IMG/VR virus record: IMGVR_UViG_3300010260_000160
Coordinates: 2,000 to 65,999 of that record
DNA from: a virus
Lineage: Duplodnaviria > Caudoviricetes
Strand: one strand, 5' to 3'
Length of the DNA stretch: 64,000 nt
The position numbers and the translations under genes were made by a program. Shown here piece by piece: positions 58,174 through 64,000 of this stretch; the first letter of the stretch is position 1; each line of letters begins with the position of its first letter. Below the pieces are notes generated by a model. It saw nothing but the letters and a program-made list of their open reading frames with translations. It searched no databases and was not told where the DNA came from.

Positions 58174-59124
58174 TTAAAATGCACCATCATCAGTCATTGT
58201 CTCAACCGATACCCCGGCATTTTGTTCAGCAGGCGGGCAGAATGTCTCCTGCTTTGGAGGCATAGCCGGTTGAGGCTCTTGCACGCCATAGAAGTCCTGA
58301 ATCTCCGGTTTCGCAGGTTCCTGCTCTGTCTGCAGTTCGGTTCCACGGCCAATGCGGACCTTCGGATATGACTTGAATCCGTGCTTGATTACCTTGGCGA
58401 TGAGGAATCCTTTATCAATGCTGCCGTTTGCACCGGAGGTGTAGAGTTCATTAGGTTTTCCCTCAAGATAGGTTCGTGACTGTTTGTCCCACTTGCGATT
58501 CTGCTTCGCGGAAAAATCAGCCAACCTCATCCAGTCCTCCTCGAACAAAACTGCGTAGTCGATGCTGTCATCATTCCTCGTTATCTTCATAAAGGCCGCA
58601 ACGATGTGGTCTGATGTGTGAGGAAGATTGCATGTATAATTCACTGACTTACGGCCGTCATTGTCAGAGAATGAGAAGCTGTCCTCGCTGTAAACAAGCA
58701 CCGGATTGTCCGCGTGTTTAATCTGTCCAGACCTTGCGCGGAGCACAAGTTCACCGTAGCCGGAGATGGTGAGGACACACCGTCCCTCGTACATTTTATT
58801 GCCAGCGCTGTTCGTACCTATGCAGTAATTTCTACCCTGAAGGTAAGCGAGAGCACGGACGCCAGGCTCAACCGAAAGGCCGCAGACAGCAAGGTCTATG
58901 AACGCGGTGAAGATGGAAAATGGTGTGCACTTGGCACGAAGTTCCTCTTTGTCTCCGAGGATGATGTCGAAGTAACGGCTTTCTCTTTCATAGGCCGCTT
59001 CTCCGCCCTCTTTCCAAAGAGTGTTGTAGAGATAGATGAAGCGTTCTTTGACTGCTTCATCGTGGACTACATCAATAGTCCTGAGTTTGCTGAGAGACTC
59101 AACAGTTAATTGTAGATTTGCCAT
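58174..59124 (-). CDS. recT: RecT-family single-strand annealing protein
   Basis: TPFSIFTAFIDLAVCGLS, LTISGYGELVLRARSGQI and VIKHGFK.YPK segments; acidic C-terminal tail. Confidence 0.82.
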   Translation of the reverse strand: MANLQLTVESLSKLRTIDVVHDEAVKERFIYLYNTLWKEGGEAAYERESRYFDIILGDKEELRAKCTPFSIFTAFIDLAVCGLSVEPGVRALAYLQGRNYCIGTNSAGNKMYEGRCVLTISGYGELVLRARSGQIKHADNPVLVYSEDSFSFSDNDGRKSVNYTCNLPHTSDHIVAAFMKITRNDDSIDYAVLFEEDWMRLADFSAKQNRKWDKQSRTYLEGKPNELYTSGANGSIDKGFLIAKVIKHGFKSYPKVRIGRGTELQTEQEPAKPEIQDFYGVQEPQPAMPPKQETFCPPAEQNAGVSVETMTDDGAF

Positions 59125-59153
59125 AATCTGATGAATTTAAGATGTTGGAAAAA

Positions 59154-59205
59154 TGGTGGCCACCCGTGTTCCGATGTGTACGGTTACCGCTCACAGAGCG
59201 TGGCC
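59154..59205 (-). ncRNA. Candidate miniature tRNA-like element ending in ACCA
   Basis: GGCCAC-[GCTC TGT GAGC]-GGTAA-[CCGT N12 ACGG]-GTGGCC-A-CCA. Confidence 0.35.
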
Positions 59206-59447
59206 AGCTCAATATGTAGTCATCCGGCCTTACCCGGATATTAAAAGTCATACTTGCTACTCATGTCAGTATCGTGTTCACAATACGCGCTACCATATTG
59301 CTTATCGGCCTTTCCCTTTTGCGGGGCGAATTACGGTGTTTGCCGCAGTGTCCTCCGGTTCGCTATGTATCCGACCTTTTAGCCATGGGGTTGGCCGGGG
59401 CTTGCGCTAACGGTGCCATAAAGCAGCGATGCTGCATTTTTATCGAG

Positions 59448-59535
59448 TGGTGGGGAGGGAAGGAATCGAACCTTCCCAATGCATGAGCGACCAAATCTAT
59501 ATCGCCGGCGACTGTCCTTTACGCACTATCTCCCC
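59448..59535 (-). ncRNA. tRNA-like element (acceptor stem, T-arm and CCA intact; D and anticodon arms non-canonical)
   Basis: GGGGAGA...GAAGG-TTCGATT-CCTTC-CCTCCCC-A-CCA; 6 of 7 acceptor pairs; no clean 7-nt anticodon loop. Confidence 0.6.
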
Positions 59536-59645
59536 GGTCGTGAGGTATCAACCTCACTTTGTCTTTCCGTAAGTTCCTACTGTCCCTTCTGTTTCCGCAG
59601 GCGTGTTCAGAAAGTCCCAGAAGTCCCTGTTTCGGTAATGTTCCT

Positions 59646-59917
59646 TCATTCGTTGACGGTATTCCCGGTATTCCTCAAGGAATTTTGTATGGATGTAATC
59701 TGTTTCCATTTCTCGTCTCTGTTTGCCCTGTTCACGAAGTCCTGCACTGCGAGTGCAACATCGTGTGTTAGTTTCCGAATATCCCTTACACGCATATCGA
59801 AGGTGAACACCGTTTTTCCATCCTCATCATCATACATACTGCCCCCCCGATTGTGATTTTCAGCCTTTTGGCATTCTTGATGCTCTCCACGAGCATTCTT
59901 TCTGTTTTTGAAAGCAT
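59646..59917 (-). pseudogene. Small gene interrupted at a G7 tract
   Basis: The ATG at 59917 lies 1 nt after the upstream stop and reads MLSKTERMLVESIKNAKRLKITIGG, stopping early. G8 would join it to the MYDDEDGKTVF ORF (59646-59837), giving 90 aa. Confidence 0.5.
59842..59848 (-). repeat. Poly-G tract (G7 on the coding strand)
   Basis: C7 on the plus strand at the junction of the two frames. Confidence 0.9.
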
Positions 59918-59918
59918 A

Positions 59919-60191
59919 CTACAGGTAATCTTGTTCTTTTCTTTGGAGTTCTCTTAACTTGGATGTTTCATATTCCAGCTTCCCGGGACGGACGCACGGT
60001 GTCACTTCACCTTTCCTGCGCCACCGCTCCACATTCGCACGACCGAAGATTTTGAATGCCTTTGCCTGAGTGATGAACACCGGGTCGGCTTCCTGGATCC
60101 GGATGTGCGAGGCGAGCCGTGCCGCCACATCACTGACGAACTGGTCGTAAGTGACCATCTTGTCCGGGAACTGAATCTGAACTATCTGCAT
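59919..60191 (-). CDS. Excisionase-like/winged-helix DNA-binding protein
   Basis: FITQAKAFKIFGRANVERWRRKGEVTP...GKLEY resembles MerR-like Xis folds. Confidence 0.55.
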   Translation of the reverse strand: MQIVQIQFPDKMVTYDQFVSDVAARLASHIRIQEADPVFITQAKAFKIFGRANVERWRRKGEVTPCVRPGKLEYETSKLRELQRKEQDYL

Positions 60192-60517
60192 AAGTCATCG
60201 ACATTGATAGTACGCCAGATGGCGGCGAGGATTACGAAGAAACAGCTCATTATGATGCAGTGAGGAAAGAATATCCAGACCGGCACGAGAGCGAAGGCAA
60301 TCAGCCAACACATAGCCCATATTCCCTCGTTGACCATCCGTACCATAGCGTGCAGAGTTTCATCTGCATTCTTATGACGGATGCCCAAAAGAACGCGTAG
60401 CCTGAGTGCGCGGGCATTGCGGCTGAATCGTCTGATACCGAAACGGAATGCTGCGTTAAGTTCCTTGAGGAAGGATTGTAATTCGAGCAAGAAGGATTTG
60501 ATTTGTTCTCTTTTCAT
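60182..60517 (-). CDS. Small membrane protein
   Basis: Basic N-terminus and two C-terminal hydrophobic helices. Confidence 0.5.
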   Translation of the reverse strand: MKREQIKSFLLELQSFLKELNAAFRFGIRRFSRNARALRLRVLLGIRHKNADETLHAMVRMVNEGIWAMCWLIAFALVPVWIFFPHCIIMSCFFVILAAIWRTINVDDLCR

Positions 60518-60528
60518 GATGTTGATTT

Positions 60529-60882
60529 TTAGAATCTTAACTTTTCTGGGATTTCAAGCCCGAAGGCTTCGACATAGTAGTACCGAGCTTCAAGACCTTC
60601 CGGAGACTGATAGTGCCTGAGTGCCAATCTTCCATCAATGTGCAGGACATCGCCCTTCTGGATTGTAGAGAGCAGCTCCGCACTGATGCCTCTGTCGCTT
60701 GATGTGGCATCGACCTCAAGCCAGATTCTTTCGCTGGCGATGTCACCGGATTCGTTGTAGAAGAAATTATCCACGGCCAGGCTGATGACTGCCTTCTGAA
60801 CTTTGTCCATATTGCTGGATATTTGGATGGCACCGACAATACCCTGCAATTCAACTCTGTTGATGTAATTGCTTTTGTCCAT
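60529..60882 (-). CDS. ssb: Single-stranded DNA-binding protein (divergent, no acidic tail)
   Basis: INRVELQGIVG...ISLAVD...WLEV...KGDVLHIDGRL..R.Y OB-fold pattern. Confidence 0.75.
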   Translation of the reverse strand: MDKSNYINRVELQGIVGAIQISSNMDKVQKAVISLAVDNFFYNESGDIASERIWLEVDATSSDRGISAELLSTIQKGDVLHIDGRLALRHYQSPEGLEARYYYVEAFGLEIPEKLRF

Positions 60883-60894
60883 AGCCTGAGAGTA

Positions 60895-61245
60895 TTAGCG
60901 GACAACTTTGATGTAGATTCTTTCTTGAAGGACGGCATCGATGGAGAACCAGAAATCCTCACGGAGAAATACATCCCACACTTCGACATTCTCCTCGTTC
61001 TCCTCTGCCGGTACATGGCAGCGGATATACTGCGGATAATGTTCGGCTGCGGTCTTGCCATCTCTGACCAGACGGTTGCCGGCCTCAATGATTCGGAAGT
61101 AGTTCTGGACTCCAGCCTTCGCTGCTGCGATGGTGGTTTCTTCCATAAGGGTTTCGGAATGCTCGGAGAGTGTTCCGGTTTCAGAAGTTGCTTCGTAACC
61201 GAGTACAAGCACTTTCTTGATTCGTGATAGATTTGTGTTGCTCAT
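60895..61245 (-). CDS. Hypothetical early phage protein
   Basis: 116-aa ORF on the early-operon strand. Confidence 0.5.
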   Translation of the reverse strand: MSNTNLSRIKKVLVLGYEATSETGTLSEHSETLMEETTIAAAKAGVQNYFRIIEAGNRLVRDGKTAAEHYPQYIRCHVPAEENEENVEVWDVFLREDFWFSIDAVLQERIYIKVVR

Positions 61246-61261
61246 GGTGTTATGTTTTTAA

Positions 61262-61453
61262 TTAACGGGTTCTTGTCACTGTTACGGTGCGTGTCTCTCT
61301 GTCTGAAAGCGTCTCGAAGCCTTTGTCCCATTCCAGGCTGTAGGCGGAGCAGGCTGAACGGATGGAGGTCACTTTCTCCAATGGAAATCTGATGACATCT
61401 CCCACTTTCATCTCACGCAGGTGTTGGCGTACTGACTTGTGTTTTTTGTTCAT
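61262..61453 (-). CDS. Putative Cro-like early regulator
   Basis: 63 aa, first gene of the leftward early operon, divergent from an XRE repressor. Confidence 0.55.
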   Translation of the reverse strand: MNKKHKSVRQHLREMKVGDVIRFPLEKVTSIRSACSAYSLEWDKGFETLSDRETRTVTVTRTR

Positions 61454-61491
61454 AATCTTTCAACTTTTATTGTTAATTATTAACTTTACTC

Positions 61492-61559
61492 TGCGAAGGT
61501 AATTTTTTCTTGAATTATAATCAAGAAAAAGTTGAATTATTTTTCAAGAAAACTTTGAA
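61492..61559. promoter_or_regulatory. Lysis/lysogeny switch: operator repeats over a leftward promoter
   Basis: TCAAGAAAA at 61521-61529 and 61544-61552 and inverted at 61505-61513; near-consensus -7 box TACCTTCG on the minus strand (61501-61494). Confidence 0.7.
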
Positions 61560-61562
61560 ATT

Positions 61563-61913
61563 ATGGGCATAGGATTGATTATCAAGGATTTGGCAAGTCA
61601 ACAAAATATTACCCTCGCCGACCTTGCAAAACGGCTCGGAAAGACAAAACAGGCCGTGTATGATATTGTTGAAAAAGAAGATGTTAGCACTGCAATAGTA
61701 CGCCAGTGCTGTAAAATTTTCAATGTGCCTGCCTCATACTTCTTCGAGGAAGCAGGAGGCGGTAATGCAATTGCAAACGGTAATAGTGTGGCAGCAATAA
61801 ACAGCGACATTAAGGTAGGAAACTCTTTGTCGCAGCAAGAAAAAATTGACTATTTGGAAAGGCTACTTGCAGAAAAAGAGAGAACGATACAGATACTACT
61901 GGAAAGGAAATGA
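61563..61913 (+). CDS. XRE-family HTH repressor (CI-like)
   Basis: ITLADLAKRLGKTKQAVYDIVEK helix-turn-helix; short coiled C-terminus; no peptidase domain. Confidence 0.85.
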   Translation: MGIGLIIKDLASQQNITLADLAKRLGKTKQAVYDIVEKEDVSTAIVRQCCKIFNVPASYFFEEAGGGNAIANGNSVAAINSDIKVGNSLSQQEKIDYLERLLAEKERTIQILLERK

Positions 61914-62155
61914 GATTTGTTGCACTTGCATTATTATTTGCGTTCATCTACTATTTTGCAAATGGATTAGTTGATGGCTTTCTTTCAGAGAAGAATCAAG
62001 TTCTCTCAAAATTTGAAATACTGATGCTTAAATTGGCAATTACAGTTTTAGCAATTCTTGTATTGAGTTTGATTTCAAAATGTGGCTGTACCGTTGAAGA
62101 ATATGAAAGTCCGAGCGGGAAAACTTCTATTGAACATTATGAACCAAGATTTTGA
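61910..62155 (+). CDS. Small two-helix membrane protein co-transcribed with the repressor
   Basis: 81 aa with two hydrophobic segments; ATGA overlap with the repressor stop codon. Confidence 0.55.
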   Translation: MRFVALALLFAFIYYFANGLVDGFLSEKNQVLSKFEILMLKLAITVLAILVLSLISKCGCTVEEYESPSGKTSIEHYEPRF

Positions 62156-62158
62156 CAA

Positions 62159-62515
62159 ATGAACACCGACAGACTAAAGATGCTGATACAGTCAAGCGGA
62201 CTGAATAAATTCCAGCTCGCCCAGAGGTGCGGAGTATCCCGGACCACTCTCGACAATGTGCTGTCCGGAGGTGACGCGAAGATGAGCACAGCCGAGGCCC
62301 TCGCAAGGGAACTCGGAGTCCGTGTCGGTTATTTGTTCGATGAGAGCAGCAGCGAGACTGACGGCCTGCTGTTGGAGATCCAGGAGCTGCGACGCGAACT
62401 GGCCAAGGACACACGGAAGTCAAGAATCGCTGTTGAGGTGGAACTTACTCCGGATGAACTTGAAGCAGCCGGTATAACCAGAAAACTGTACGAGAAACTG
62501 AAGAAAAAGGAGTGA
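62159..62515 (+). CDS. Second XRE-family HTH protein
   Basis: LNKFQLAQRCGVSRTTLDNVLSG helix-turn-helix plus a coiled segment. Confidence 0.85.
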   Translation: MNTDRLKMLIQSSGLNKFQLAQRCGVSRTTLDNVLSGGDAKMSTAEALARELGVRVGYLFDESSSETDGLLLEIQELRRELAKDTRKSRIAVEVELTPDELEAAGITRKLYEKLKKKE

Positions 62516-62600
62516 TGTTCAGAGCAACCGCCTAAATCATTGATATTCAAATCCCAATAAAAGCGGCGCAGGCAGCCATTGCACAGAGCAAATAATACTG

Positions 62601-62642
62601 AATCTGTTCCGGCTTCCTGAAAAGGAAACGGAACAGATTTTT
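62601..62642 (+). terminator. Terminator-like hairpin upstream of pgi
   Basis: AATCTGTTCCG-gc-TTCCT-GAAA-AGGAA-a-CGGAACAGATT followed by TTT. Confidence 0.6.
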
Positions 62643-62656
62643 CAAATTATAAAATT

Positions 62657-64000
62657 ATGGTAAAAATCAATGTTGGAGGATGTTCCTCCTTTGTTAAAGA
62701 TTCTGAGTATAAGGAATATCTTGAAAAGGCATTCGCAGCTTACGACGTTCTCGAAACTGAAAGCGGAGCCGGAAACGATTTCCTCGGATGGAAGCATCTT
62801 CCGTCACAGACTCCTGAGTCTCTGGTCAAAGCTTGCGAAGACGTACGTGACGACTGGAAAAACAGAAATGTTGATCTCGTGGTAGTTATCGGTATCGGTG
62901 GCTCTTACCTTGGCGCAAAATGCGCTATCGAGGCTCTTTCCCACAGTTTTGCGAGAGAGATGAGGCAGTCCGGTGCTCCTGAGGTCGTTTTTGCCGGCAA
63001 TAACCTCTCTGAGGAGTATGTAAGCGAACTTATCGACTTGATGAAGGTAAGAAACGTGGCTTGCGTGGTGATTTCCAAATCAGGTACCACTACAGAGCCT
63101 GCCGTAGCCTTCAGAATCGTGAAACAGCATCTTGAGGAGACCTATGGTCAGAAAGAGGCTGCTGCACGTATTGTAGCTGTTACTGATGCCCACAAGGGAG
63201 CGCTCAAGACTCTCTCCACACAGGAAGGCTACAGGACATTTGTCGTTCCTGACAATGTCGGAGGCCGTTTCTCTGTGCTTACTCCGGTAGGTCTTCTGCC
63301 GATCGTTCTTGCAGGTTTCGATATCCGTGCCCTGCTCGAAGGCGCCAAGGAAGAGGAAAAGGCTCTTGCTGAGAAATCAGAAAAGAATGCGGCTGTAGAA
63401 TATGCTGCAATGCGTAATCTTCTTCACTCTGTCTATGGCAAGAGTGTTGAGGTTCTGGTTTCTTTCACTCCTAAGTTCCAGTATCTCGGCGAGTGGTGGA
63501 AACAGCTCTACGGTGAGTCTGAGGGTAAGGACAAGAAAGGTATCTATCCTGCTTCAGTGGTCTATACTACCGATCTTCACTCACTCGGCCAGTTCGTCCA
63601 GGACGGCGCAAGGATTATGTACGAGACTGTGGTCACAGTGGAAAACAGCAACCGCAGCGTAGTCATCGGCAGCGATCCTCAGAACCTTGACCAGCTGAAT
63701 TACCTTGCCGGCCAGCACGTGGAGCATTGCAATGCCATGGCTCAGCTCGGAACCAAGCTTGCCCACATCGACGGCGGCGTTCCTCAGATGGAAGTCTCTA
63801 TCGAACGTATCAATGAAAAGACTCTCGGAGCTCTCTTCTATTTCTTTGAATTTGCCTGTGGCGTAAGCGCTTACATTCTCGGAGTCAATCCGTTCAATCA
63901 GCCTGGTGTCGAGGCCTACAAGAAGAATATGTTCGCATTGCTCGAGAAACCTGGTTTTGAAGAGCAGACCAAGGCCATCAAGGCACGTCTCTCCGAATAA
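62657..64000 (+). CDS. pgi: Glucose-6-phosphate isomerase (host gene)
   Basis: 447 aa; VIGIGGSYLG, SKSGTTTE, VGGRFSVL, QLYGESEGK and PFNQPGVEAYK motifs. Confidence 0.98.
   Translation: MVKINVGGCSSFVKDSEYKEYLEKAFAAYDVLETESGAGNDFLGWKHLPSQTPESLVKACEDVRDDWKNRNVDLVVVIGIGGSYLGAKCAIEALSHSFAREMRQSGAPEVVFAGNNLSEEYVSELIDLMKVRNVACVVISKSGTTTEPAVAFRIVKQHLEETYGQKEAAARIVAVTDAHKGALKTLSTQEGYRTFVVPDNVGGRFSVLTPVGLLPIVLAGFDIRALLEGAKEEEKALAEKSEKNAAVEYAAMRNLLHSVYGKSVEVLVSFTPKFQYLGEWWKQLYGESEGKDKKGIYPASVVYTTDLHSLGQFVQDGARIMYETVVTVENSNRSVVIGSDPQNLDQLNYLAGQHVEHCNAMAQLGTKLAHIDGGVPQMEVSIERINEKTLGALFYFFEFACGVSAYILGVNPFNQPGVEAYKKNMFALLEKPGFEEQTKAIKARLSE

Larger units (their letters stand above)
1..62560. mobile_element. 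Temperate Bacteroidales prophage (short-tailed type, DGR-bearing); left end outside the window, right end approximate
   Basis: Contiguous portal, terminase, capsid, tail, lysis, replication and repressor genes ending just before host pgi. No tape-measure or tail-tube gene recognised. No integrase in the window, so att sites are not defined. Confidence 0.93.

Noticed and set aside
59448-59535. Calling a standard tRNA gene with a defined anticodon
   Set aside because: I could not fold a 5-bp stem with a 7-nt anticodon loop or a normal D-arm, so it is reported only as tRNA-like.
60537-61208. 223-aa plus-strand ORF
   Set aside because: It is antisense to ssb and its neighbour, is Ser/Pro-rich and has no recognisable motif; treated as a shadow. 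The same applies to the many short ORFs antisense to the giant genes.
62516-62600. Exact att core sequence
   Set aside because: The other prophage end is outside the window, so no direct repeat can be demonstrated.

Overview
Positions 1 to about 62.55 kb are the right-hand part of a temperate, short-tailed (podovirus-like) Bacteroidales prophage. It is followed by the host housekeeping gene pgi (62657-64000). No integrase is in the window. The left two-thirds hold the virion genes: candidate ejection proteins; a 5668-aa polyvalent protein (nuclease-like, pyrophosphatase-like, N6-methyltransferase, Strawberry-notch/DarB-type helicase, ADP-ribosyltransferase-like, metallopeptidase and LPD38-like domains); portal; an inverted large terminase; scaffold; major capsid; adaptor; a 2689-aa tail/adhesin protein; a lysis cassette; three paralogous ring-like proteins; and a tail nozzle-like gene. 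The right third (minus strand) holds early, replication, recombination and DNA-modification genes and the immunity switch. The best-supported system is a diversity-generating retroelement (DGR): RT 36040-37470 and template repeat (TR) 35669-35788. It has two targets: VR1 at the end of the tail protein and a remote VR2 about 12 kb away on the opposite strand, in a small gene inside the methyltransferase cluster. The overall layout resembles what I recall of 'Quimbyviridae'-type gut phages, which needs confirming by phylogeny. Less expected features: no avd gene but an RT with a ~150-aa C-terminal extension; three poly-G tracts (G9, G9, G7) that each break a gene and would each restore it at G8 (phase variation or homopolymer sequencing error); a C5 methyltransferase with a nested out-of-frame second subunit (M.EcoHK31I-like); CCA-ended tRNA-like elements upstream of recT; and a 19-aa Lys/Gly micropeptide upstream of the C5 methyltransferase. 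All domain calls come from motif recognition by eye, not from database searches.
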